Both the position numbers and the translations under genes were made by a program. Source: Pseudomonadota bacterium (GTDB taxonomy: Bacteria; Pseudomonadota; Alphaproteobacteria; Sphingomonadales; Sphingomonadaceae). Taken from it: a stretch of DNA of 64,000 nucleotides. The stretch is from assembly GCA_040390165.1 (NCBI GenBank), contig JAZJYW010000006.1:122985-186984 (forward strand). Direction: 5' to 3'. Shown here piece after piece: positions 9,223 through 17,854 of this stretch. Numbering within the stretch: position 1 is the first letter of the stretch; the number at the start of each line of letters is the position of its first letter. Below the pieces are notes generated by a model. That model did not search any database, had not been told where the DNA came from, and saw only the letters and a list, made by a program, of their open reading frames with translations.

Positions 9223-10383
9223 ATGACCGCGGGCATGCTCTCGATACCCGCCGTGTTCATGCGCGGCGGCACCAGCAAGGGGCTGTTCTTCCACGCCCGC
9301 GATCTTCCCGAGAAGCGGGATGCGCGGGACGCGATCTTCCTGCGCGCGCTCGGCAGCCCGGACAGCTACGGCCGCCAGCTCGATGGCATGGGCGGCGGCC
9401 TGTCGTCGCTTTCCAAAGCGGTTATCATCGGCCCGCCGACCCGCGAGGACGCCGATCTCGATTATATTTTCGCGCAGGTCGCGGTCGATCTGCCGATGGT
9501 CGATTATGGCGGCACCTGCGGCAACCTCGCCTCCGCGGTCGCGCACTTCGCAGTGGACGAGGGGCTGGTCGCCGCCGCCGGCGAAATGGCGATCGTCCGC
9601 ATCCACGCCGTCAACACCGGCAAGATCATCCGCGCGCACGTGCCCGTCCGCGACGGCACGGCACAGGTCGACGGCGCGCTGGTGATTCCGGGGATCAGCT
9701 TCAGCGGCGCGCCGATCCGACTCGAATTCATCGACCCCGACGGAAGCCGCACCGGACGATTGCTGCCCGGCGGGGCGCCGGCGGAGTTCATCGACATCCC
9801 GGGCATCGGCGCGATCCGGGCCTCGCTCGTCGATGCCGCCAATCCCTGCGTCTTCGTCCGCGCTGCGGATCTGGGGCTGACCGGCGCCGAGCTGCCGGAA
9901 GAGCTGGATGCCGATCTCGCCAGCCGGGCCATCCTCGAAGCGATCCGCGCGGCGGCGGGCGTTCGCATGGGCTTCGGCGCGACGCCGGAAGCGGTCAGCG
10001 AAGCGTCGCAATCGAGTCCCAAGATCGCGCTGGTCGCGCCTACCCGTTCCATGCGCACGCTCGACGGCGCATCGCTGGATGCCGGGTCCCATGATCTTTG
10101 CGTGCGGATGATCTCGATGGGGCAGGCGCATCGCGCGGTCCCCCTCACCGGGGCATTGTGCGTCGCGGTCGCTGCCCGCATCCCCGGGACGGTTGTGCAC
10201 GAGATGCTCGCAGACGGTGCGCGCGGCGAAGGCGACCTTCGTCTGGGCACCGCTTCCGGAATGGTGTCGGTGGCTGCCGAAATGGTTGCCGACGCCGGCG
10301 GGTTTCGGACGAACAATGCAGTCGCCTATCGGACCGCCCGCCGCCTGATGGAGGGCAATGTGCTGGTGCCCGCCACAGCCTGA
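9223..10383 (+). CDS. prpF: PrpF-family isomerase (methylaconitate/methylitaconate/oxalomesaconate isomerase family)
   Basis: FMRGGTSKGLFF, GSPDSYGRQLDGMGGGLSSLSK, GTCGNLASAV, SMGQAHRAVPLTG, RTARRLMEG. Confidence 0.85.
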   Translation: MTAGMLSIPAVFMRGGTSKGLFFHARDLPEKRDARDAIFLRALGSPDSYGRQLDGMGGGLSSLSKAVIIGPPTREDADLDYIFAQVAVDLPMVDYGGTCGNLASAVAHFAVDEGLVAAAGEMAIVRIHAVNTGKIIRAHVPVRDGTAQVDGALVIPGISFSGAPIRLEFIDPDGSRTGRLLPGGAPAEFIDIPGIGAIRASLVDAANPCVFVRAADLGLTGAELPEELDADLASRAILEAIRAAAGVRMGFGATPEAVSEASQSSPKIALVAPTRSMRTLDGASLDAGSHDLCVRMISMGQAHRAVPLTGALCVAVAARIPGTVVHEMLADGARGEGDLRLGTASGMVSVAAEMVADAGGFRTNNAVAYRTARRLMEGNVLVPATA

Positions 10384-10393
10384 GGAGACAAGA

Positions 10394-11626
10394 ATGACTT
10401 CGCCGCCGCCACTCGATGGCCTTCGCATCATCGACATGAGCTCGGTGGTGATGGGGCCGTTCGCCACCCAGATTCTCGGCGACCTCGGCGCCGACGTCAT
10501 CAAGGTCGAGCCGCACCAGGGCGACACGACCCGGCACGTCACGCCGATGCGCGGCGAGAATATGGGCTGGGTGTTCCTCCATGCCAATCGCAACAAGCGC
10601 AGCATCGTGCTCGACTTGAAGGATCCGGCGGGCAAGGAAGCGCTGCTCAAGCTCGCCGAAGGGGTCGATGCGATCGTCACCAACGTGCGCACCCGCGCGC
10701 TCGACCGGCTCGGGCTCGGCTGGGAGACTCTGCAGGCGCGCAACCCGCGGCTGATCCTGGTCAATCTGGTCGGTTACGGCGCCGGCGGCCCCTATGACGG
10801 GCGCCCGACCTATGAAGATCTGATCCAGGGCGTCACCGCGCTGCCGTCGATGCTGGTCCAGGCGGGCTCGGAAGAGCCGCATTATGTGCCGATGGCGATG
10901 AACGATCGCGCCGTCGGGGTATCGAGCGCGGTCGCCCTGCTCGCCGCGGTGATCCATCGCGAGAAGTCGGGCCGCGGACAGCAGATCGAAGTGCCGATGT
11001 TCGAGACGATGGCGCAATGGGTGCTGGGCGATCACATGGGCGGCAAGACCTTCGAGCCGCCGCTGGGGCCAGCGGGCTACAAGCGCACGCTCACCAAGGA
11101 GCGCCGTCCCTACAAGACCAAAGACGGCCGCATCTGTTCGATCATCTATACCGACAAGCACTGGCGCACCTTCATGGATCTGATCGGCCAGAGCGAGGTG
11201 TTCCGCACCGATCCGCGCTTCGCCAATATCGGCACCCGGACCGATCATGCGCACGACCTCTATGCCTATGTCTCGCAGGCGATGCAGGAGCGGACCAGCG
11301 CCGAATGGCTGGAGGTGCTGCTCGCGGCGGACATTCCGGTGACGCCGCTGCACGATCTCGACTCGCTGATCGAGGACGAGCATTTGAGGGCGGTCGGCTA
11401 TCTGCCGGTCGTCGATCACCCGACCGAGGGCAAGGTGCGCCAGGTGCGGATACCGTCCACCTGGAGCGATTCCCAGCCGACGATCCGCCGCCAGCCGCCC
11501 GGCCTCGGCGAGCATAGCGTGGAGGTGCTGCGCGAAGCCGGACTGAGCGAGCAGCAGATCGCGAATTTGATCGAGCGCGGCGTGACAGTGCAGCCCGGCT
11601 ATGCGCCCGACGAGGAGGCGGTGTGA
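10394..11626 (+). CDS. CaiB/BaiF family III CoA transferase
   Basis: PLDGLRIIDMS, LGDLGADVIKVEP, NRNKRSIVLDLK, PPGLGEHS. Confidence 0.92.
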   Translation: MTSPPPLDGLRIIDMSSVVMGPFATQILGDLGADVIKVEPHQGDTTRHVTPMRGENMGWVFLHANRNKRSIVLDLKDPAGKEALLKLAEGVDAIVTNVRTRALDRLGLGWETLQARNPRLILVNLVGYGAGGPYDGRPTYEDLIQGVTALPSMLVQAGSEEPHYVPMAMNDRAVGVSSAVALLAAVIHREKSGRGQQIEVPMFETMAQWVLGDHMGGKTFEPPLGPAGYKRTLTKERRPYKTKDGRICSIIYTDKHWRTFMDLIGQSEVFRTDPRFANIGTRTDHAHDLYAYVSQAMQERTSAEWLEVLLAADIPVTPLHDLDSLIEDEHLRAVGYLPVVDHPTEGKVRQVRIPSTWSDSQPTIRRQPPGLGEHSVEVLREAGLSEQQIANLIERGVTVQPGYAPDEEAV

Positions 11627-11648
11627 CCACGGCCCCGGCCCGGCTCGC

Positions 11649-12770
11649 GTGACCGAACATCGTCACGTCGCATTGCCGATCCGGATCGGCGCGACGTTCG
11701 AGACCCAATCGGGGCTCCAACTCAACGCGCCCCGCATCTACGGCATGCTCGCGGCGCCCGCCGGAGCGCGCGGCGCCGCCATTCTGATCCATCCCTCCAG
11801 CAGCATGATGAGCCACTATCTCATCGAGCCGCTCAACGCCCGCGGACTGGCCGTGTTCGCGCTCAACACGCGCTATGCCGGCGGCGACCAGGTCCTGATC
11901 ATGGAGAATGCGATCCAGGATCTCGGGGCCGGCGTTCGCTATCTTCGCGAACAGGGGTTCGAACGTGTCGTGCTGCTCGGCAATTCCGGCGGCGCGTCGC
12001 TGACCGCTTTCTACCAGGCACAGGCCGAGCGGATCACCATCACCCATACGCCCGCCGGCGATCCGGTGGATCTGGTCGCGGAGGAGATGCCGCCCGCCGA
12101 CGCGCTGGTCCTGCTGGCCGGGCATCCCGGCCGTTCGACGCTGATGACGACCTATATCGACGCCGCGGTGATCGACGAGGCAAATCCCGATGCCGGCGAT
12201 CCCTCGCTGGACATTTACGCGCCGGGAAATCCGGCGCCGTTCTCCCGCGATTTCGTCGCGCGCGTCCGCGCCGCGCAGCGCGCCCGCAGCGAGCGCATCA
12301 CCGCCTGGGCGGTCGAGCGCCTGCGGATGTTGCGTGCGCGGCCGGGGGGCGCCCGCGACGAAGCCTTTGTCGTGCACCGCACCTATGCCGATCCGCGCTT
12401 CGTCGATCTCGGACTCGATCCCAACGACCGCGCGCCCGGCGGCAATCGCGGCGACACGCCGCAACAGGCCAATCTCTCGGCGAACAATCTGGCGCGCTTC
12501 ACCACGCTCACGTCGTGGCTCAGCCAATGGTCGCAGCTGTCGAGCGCGGATGGGCCCGACAATCTGGCGAGGACCAGCATTCCCGTCCTGCAACTCGAAT
12601 ATAGCGCCGACGCTGGCATCTTTCCCAGCGACGTGGCGCGCTGGAGCGCGGCGGGCGGCGCGCGAATTGAGAACCATCGCATCGTCGGCGCTTCGCACTA
12701 TCTCCACCGCCTTCCCCGGCAATTGGCGGAAGTGGCCGATCTCGTTGCGGAGTGGGGCAAGCCCGGCTGA
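11649..12770 (+). CDS. Alpha/beta hydrolase of uncharacterised family (paralog 2)
   Basis: NTRYAGGD, GNSGGA elbow, TPAGDP, SWLSQWS, SADAG, SHYL. Start codon tentative. Confidence 0.85.
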   Translation: MTEHRHVALPIRIGATFETQSGLQLNAPRIYGMLAAPAGARGAAILIHPSSSMMSHYLIEPLNARGLAVFALNTRYAGGDQVLIMENAIQDLGAGVRYLREQGFERVVLLGNSGGASLTAFYQAQAERITITHTPAGDPVDLVAEEMPPADALVLLAGHPGRSTLMTTYIDAAVIDEANPDAGDPSLDIYAPGNPAPFSRDFVARVRAAQRARSERITAWAVERLRMLRARPGGARDEAFVVHRTYADPRFVDLGLDPNDRAPGGNRGDTPQQANLSANNLARFTTLTSWLSQWSQLSSADGPDNLARTSIPVLQLEYSADAGIFPSDVARWSAAGGARIENHRIVGASHYLHRLPRQLAEVADLVAEWGKPG

Positions 12771-12889
12771 TGGCCGCGTCGCGCGGGTGGCTCGATCATC
12801 GGCAATTCCTATCGCCGAGAGCACCGCAACCGACTTGCCCCTGCGCGCCATCGGGTTGCAGCATGCGTCCATAACATAAGGATGAGTGG

Positions 12890-14245
12890 ATGACGGCGGC
12901 AGCAACCGAAGCGGGAGTGGAAAGCGCTCCCACTGCAAAAGTCTCGGCGTTCCGCAGCGCCGCGTTGATCGCCGTTCTACTAACTTTCTGCATTTTCGCC
13001 GTGGTCGATCGCACCGTGATCGCGATGCTGGTCGATCCGATCAAGGATTCGCTCGGGCTGAGCGACACCCAGATCGGATTGCTGATGGGGCTCGCTTACG
13101 CGCTGGCTTACGGTCTTGGCGGACTGCCGATGGGCTATCTCGTCGACCGCTATCCGAGAAAGTGGATCCTGTTCCTCGCGGTCATCCTGTGGGGCACGGC
13201 GGAAGCCGCATGCGGCTTCGCCACCGGCTTCGTCTGGCTGTTTCTGGCGCGCGCCGCGGTCGGCCTGTTCGAATCGCCGCTGCATCCCAGCGCCCATTCG
13301 ATCATCGCCGACACAGTACCCCGGCGAAGGCTGGCGACGGTCCTGTCGATCTATTCGATGGGCAACCTCATTGGCACCGGGCTCGCGCTGATGATCGGCG
13401 GCTGGATCGTCAATTCGCTGCTCCACCTCGATCACATTCGCGTGCCCCTGATCGGCGACATGGCCCCCTGGCAATTCGCGTTCCTGATCACCGGCGTGCC
13501 CGGGCTGTTTCTGGCGTTGCTGATCCTCCCGTTCGCGGAGCCGTCGCGGCACATGTCGCACGGCCACGGCAAGGTCAGCTGGGCGGAGCTTTTCGGCTTC
13601 ATCCGATCGCATTGGCAAGTCGTGCTCACGCTCAGCGTCGTGTTCGGCGGCATGAACATCGTCGTCGGCGGCATCATCAAATGGGCGCCCGCTTATATGT
13701 CGCGCCATTTCAAGATGAACCCGGCCGAATATGGCGTGGCGCTGGGTCTGTCGCAAAGCCTCCCCGCCATCGCCGGGCTCCTCGCGGCGGGCTGGATCAT
13801 CGACCGGTGGTACGCCAGGGGCCGGAAGGACGCCCACCTCACTTATTATCTGTGGGTATTGATCGTCACGTCGCCCATCGTGTTCTTTGGCCTGATGTCG
13901 AACAACATCGCGCTGTTCCTGGCGGCGATCGCGCTCGCCATGGGCCTGACCGTCAACTTCCTCGGCATCGCCGCGGCCCAAGTGCAGATGATCTCACCGC
14001 CACAGATGCGCGGGCGGCTTTCCGGCCTGTTCTTCCTGATGGTCGTGGCATTGCTCGGCACCACGTTCGGCGCATTGTTGCCGGCGGTCATCTCCGAGCA
14101 GATCTTGCACGATACCACGCTCATCGGTCACGGCATCGCTTTTACCCTGGCGATCTTCGCGCCGCTCGCGATCATCGCGATCCTGTGGGGCCGCAAATAT
14201 GTCCGCGCGGCAGTCGAAGAGGCCGAACGGGCTATCGTCGTTTGA
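12890..14245 (+). CDS. MFS transporter, Spinster-like
   Basis: About 12 TM helices; DR...MLVDPIKDSLGLSDTQIGLL, GYLVDRYPRK, WQFAFLITGVPG. Confidence 0.9.
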   Translation: MTAAATEAGVESAPTAKVSAFRSAALIAVLLTFCIFAVVDRTVIAMLVDPIKDSLGLSDTQIGLLMGLAYALAYGLGGLPMGYLVDRYPRKWILFLAVILWGTAEAACGFATGFVWLFLARAAVGLFESPLHPSAHSIIADTVPRRRLATVLSIYSMGNLIGTGLALMIGGWIVNSLLHLDHIRVPLIGDMAPWQFAFLITGVPGLFLALLILPFAEPSRHMSHGHGKVSWAELFGFIRSHWQVVLTLSVVFGGMNIVVGGIIKWAPAYMSRHFKMNPAEYGVALGLSQSLPAIAGLLAAGWIIDRWYARGRKDAHLTYYLWVLIVTSPIVFFGLMSNNIALFLAAIALAMGLTVNFLGIAAAQVQMISPPQMRGRLSGLFFLMVVALLGTTFGALLPAVISEQILHDTTLIGHGIAFTLAIFAPLAIIAILWGRKYVRAAVEEAERAIVV

Positions 14246-14260
14246 TCGGCGGCGGCACTC

Positions 14261-14581
14261 TCACTCGGGGGCGATGGCGACCCTGATCCCGTCCAGTTCA
14301 TGCGTGAATACGACCTGGCACGACAATCGTGAGGTCTCCTCGCGTTCAGCCGCGCCGTCGAGAAGATCGATCTCGGCGTCGGAAATGGCCGGAAGCCGCG
14401 GCATCCAGACGGGGTCGACGATAACGTGGCAGGTGGCGCACGAACAGCAGCCGCCGCAAGTCGCCTCCAGCTCGTCGAAGCCGTTATCCCGGATGATTTC
14501 CATAAGCGAATAGCCCGAGGTGGCATCGGCCACCACTTTATGCTCCGATCCGTCTCGCGTAACGACCGTCAACTTCGCCAT
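14261..14581 (-). CDS. [2Fe-2S] ferredoxin, adrenodoxin/putidaredoxin type
   Basis: CGGCCSCATCHV and SRLSCQ motifs. Confidence 0.93.
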   Translation of the reverse strand: MAKLTVVTRDGSEHKVVADATSGYSLMEIIRDNGFDELEATCGGCCSCATCHVIVDPVWMPRLPAISDAEIDLLDGAAEREETSRLSCQVVFTHELDGIRVAIAPE

Positions 14582-14896
14582 CAAACCTGCTTTCATGAAT
14601 CGCCCGTCAAGGCATGCACGGAGGCTGGGTCCCACCCGCCGATTTCAAGAGCGATCGGTTCGTAGGCAAATGGCAGGGTAAGTCTGTCCCCGTGGGGTGG
14701 TACGCGGTCGCACCCGGCAGCGAACCCATCCTGCGGTCATAGACAAAACCGTTGACGGTTAGCACGAGTGCCGTGTTGCCGGTTAGAGCGCGCGAGCGGA
14801 ATTTAGGCATTGCGCCCTTCATGCGCGTCCAAAGGACGTCGGATTGATAAGGGCGCCAACAAGGCGCCCAGCGCATAAAAATTGGGGAGGATTCAA

Positions 14897-17065
14897 ATGT
14901 CGAATCGTATTTTCATCAGCAGGATCGCACTCGCAGCGGCGCTGATCGCGCCGAGCGCCGCGTGGGCTCAGGTTGCCGCGCAGCCGGCGCCTCCCGCCCA
15001 GGGCCAAACCCAGGGGGACGACCAGACCGGCGTCGCGGATATCATCGTCACCGCGCAGCGCCGCGAAGAGCGCCTGCAGGACGTGCCGATCGCCGTCACC
15101 GCGGTCACCGGCGACAGCCTGGCCCGCTCGGGCGTGACCGACACGCGCCAATTGACACAGTCGATGCCGTCGGTGGTGTTCAGCCGCGTCAATTCCAGCT
15201 TCCAGCCCTATATCCGCGGCGTCGGCACCCGAAACGCCAATATCGGCGATGAATCGAACGTGTCGCTCTATATTGACGGCGTCTATCAGCCAGTGATGTC
15301 GTCTCTCGGCTTCGACATCGTCAATGTCGAGCGTATCGAAGTGCTGCGCGGTCCGCAGGGCACGCTCTTCGGCCGCAACTCGACCGGCGGCCTGATCAAC
15401 ATAATCACGCCCGATCCCACCGAGCAGCTGTCAGGCCGCGTTGTCGCGCGCGTCGGCAGTTATGGCGAAAAGTCGCTGCAGGGCTATATCTCGACCGGCA
15501 TCGTGCCCGGGGTCAGCATCGACCTGACAGGCAGCATCGCCGCCGATACCGGCTACATCAAGGATCTGGTTAACGGCGGCTATCGCGGCGATCGTTCCTC
15601 CGAAGTGGTCCGCGCCAAGATATTGATCGAGCCAGCCACTAATTTCCGCGCTGTGCTGACCGGCAATTACACGCGCTACGCCGATTCCTCGTCGGTCAGC
15701 GAGCAACCCTTCCGCGGCAATTCGACCGGCGTTCGCGCACCCGCGCCAATCGTTCCGACCGGCCCTTGGGAGACCGCGATCGATACGCCGACGAATTCGA
15801 AGTCGAAGACCTATTCGGCATCGCTGCAGACCCGATTGACTCTCGGCGCCGTCAATATCGAGACCATGTCCGCCTATATCGACAGCAAGGCGATATCGAT
15901 CACCGACAGCGATGCAACGACCAAGCCGATCGGTTCGGTAATCGCGCCGCAGAGCTCATATTATATCGAGAACGAGATTCGCGCGCTTTCCACCGGCGAG
16001 GGCCCGTTCTCCTGGATTGTTGGCGCGTTCCAACTCTCCGGCAAGGGCTCGTTCGACGGACTGGAGAGCTATGCCAACGGCGCGCTCTTGAGCCGTACGT
16101 TCACGCGGCAGGAAGTCGTCTCCTATGCGGCCTTCAGCGAAGGCACGCTGCGGCTCGGCCCCGTCTCGCTGATCGCTGGCGCCCGGTACAGCACCGAAAA
16201 GCGCAATTACGAGGCGCACACCGCGACGGTCACCTCCGTCCCCTTCCGCGAGTCGAGCAACAACAAGGTGACCTACCGCTTCTCGGCCCAGTACAAGTTC
16301 AGCCCGAGCGCGAACATCTACGCAAGCTACAGCCGCGGCTTCAAGAGCGGCGTCTACAACGGCTTCGCGACCACCGTTGCCGCCGCGTCGCCCACCCGTC
16401 CCGAGACGATCGACTCGTACGAAGTCGGCTTCAAGACGGATCCGCTCAACTGGCTGCGCATCAACGGCTCGCTGTTCCACTATGACTATACCGACATTCA
16501 GCAGTCGGCGCGCGACCCGCTGACGACGCTGGTGCTGCTGTTCAACGCCGCGTCCGCCAAGGTCGATGGCGCCGAGCTAGAAGCCACCGTCCGCGTCAGC
16601 CGTGACTTCAACCTTCGCGGCTATGCCACCTATCTCCGCGCCAAATATGACAGCTTCCCGACTGCCCAGATCTTCCGTCCGCTCGGCAATGGCGGCAACA
16701 GCTCGATCGCACCCTTTGACGCCTCGGGCAAGGACATGATCCGCGCACCGCGCGCGACCGTGGGCGTCAATTTCGACTGGTCGCACAATACCGACATCGG
16801 CACGTTCGGCCTGGCGGGGAATCTCTTCTACTCGGCCAAATATTATTGGGATTTCGAAAACCGGCTTACCCAGCCCGCCTACACCATGATCAACGGCGAC
16901 ATCTCGTTCTCGCCCGCCGGCAGGGACAATTTGCGCCTCAGCATATTCGTACGCAATCTCGCCAACGAAGTGGTCTATTCGCAAATGACGTCCACCGCGA
17001 CCGCCGACAAGGCCGGGTTCGAACGCCCCCGGACCTTCGGTGCCTCGGCTTCCTTCAAGTTCTGA
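14897..17065 (+). CDS. TonB-dependent receptor
   Basis: Signal peptide, DIIVTAQRREERLQDVP, ERIEVLRGPQGTLFGRN, C-terminal Phe; RBS GGGGAGG. Confidence 0.95.
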   Translation: MSNRIFISRIALAAALIAPSAAWAQVAAQPAPPAQGQTQGDDQTGVADIIVTAQRREERLQDVPIAVTAVTGDSLARSGVTDTRQLTQSMPSVVFSRVNSSFQPYIRGVGTRNANIGDESNVSLYIDGVYQPVMSSLGFDIVNVERIEVLRGPQGTLFGRNSTGGLINIITPDPTEQLSGRVVARVGSYGEKSLQGYISTGIVPGVSIDLTGSIAADTGYIKDLVNGGYRGDRSSEVVRAKILIEPATNFRAVLTGNYTRYADSSSVSEQPFRGNSTGVRAPAPIVPTGPWETAIDTPTNSKSKTYSASLQTRLTLGAVNIETMSAYIDSKAISITDSDATTKPIGSVIAPQSSYYIENEIRALSTGEGPFSWIVGAFQLSGKGSFDGLESYANGALLSRTFTRQEVVSYAAFSEGTLRLGPVSLIAGARYSTEKRNYEAHTATVTSVPFRESSNNKVTYRFSAQYKFSPSANIYASYSRGFKSGVYNGFATTVAAASPTRPETIDSYEVGFKTDPLNWLRINGSLFHYDYTDIQQSARDPLTTLVLLFNAASAKVDGAELEATVRVSRDFNLRGYATYLRAKYDSFPTAQIFRPLGNGGNSSIAPFDASGKDMIRAPRATVGVNFDWSHNTDIGTFGLAGNLFYSAKYYWDFENRLTQPAYTMINGDISFSPAGRDNLRLSIFVRNLANEVVYSQMTSTATADKAGFERPRTFGASASFKF

Positions 17066-17083
17066 CCGGCGGTAAGATTAGGA

Positions 17084-17854
17084 ATGACGACGATGCTCGC
17101 CGACCAACTCGTAGAAGGCAGGTCGGACGAACTCGTCGTCGCCGATCGCGAAGGAACCAGGCTGATCGTGTTCAATCGTCCGGCCGCGCGCAACGCGCTG
17201 TCGAACGCAATGAAGCAGGCCCTGGTGGCGATACTAAGCGAGGCCGAGAAAGACGATACTGTCCGCGTCGTCATTGTCACCGGAGCCGGGGCATGTTTCT
17301 CGGCGGGCGCCGATATCAAGGAACTGCGCGCCGGCGCCCAGCCCATCCGGCCGCATCCCGGCGAAGCGCTGCGCGCCTTCGGCAAGCCGGTGATCGCCGC
17401 GGTGGATGGCCCATGCGCCACCGGTGCGCTGGAAGTGGCCCTTTCCTGCAGCTTCATCCTCGCTTCGTCGAATGCGCGCTTCGCCGATACCCATGCCAAG
17501 GTCGGACTGATCGCAGGCTGGGGGATGAGCGCGCTCCTCCCGCGTGCGATAGGGCGACGCCGCGCCAGCCAGATCATGTCGACGGGCGAATTCATCGACG
17601 CCGGCCGCGCTTATGATTGGGGCCTCGTCAACGAAGTGGTCGAGGGCGACGTCGCCGAACGCGCCGTGGAAGTCGCACGGCAGATCGGAAGCAACCCACG
17701 CGCCTCGGTAGAAGCGCAGATCCGCGCGATGCGCGAGGCCGACGGCGCCTCGCTCGCCGAGGCGCTGGAGATCGAGGAGGGCATGAAGCAATCGTGGCGC
17801 GCCCAGCGGACGGGCATCTTCGCGAACGCTGCGAACCCGGCCTCGAACCCATGA
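17084..17854 (+). CDS. Enoyl-CoA hydratase/isomerase family protein
   Basis: FNRPAARNALS, FSAGADIKE, KPVIAAVDG, FADTHAKVG. Confidence 0.9.
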   Translation: MTTMLADQLVEGRSDELVVADREGTRLIVFNRPAARNALSNAMKQALVAILSEAEKDDTVRVVIVTGAGACFSAGADIKELRAGAQPIRPHPGEALRAFGKPVIAAVDGPCATGALEVALSCSFILASSNARFADTHAKVGLIAGWGMSALLPRAIGRRRASQIMSTGEFIDAGRAYDWGLVNEVVEGDVAERAVEVARQIGSNPRASVEAQIRAMREADGASLAEALEIEEGMKQSWRAQRTGIFANAANPASNP

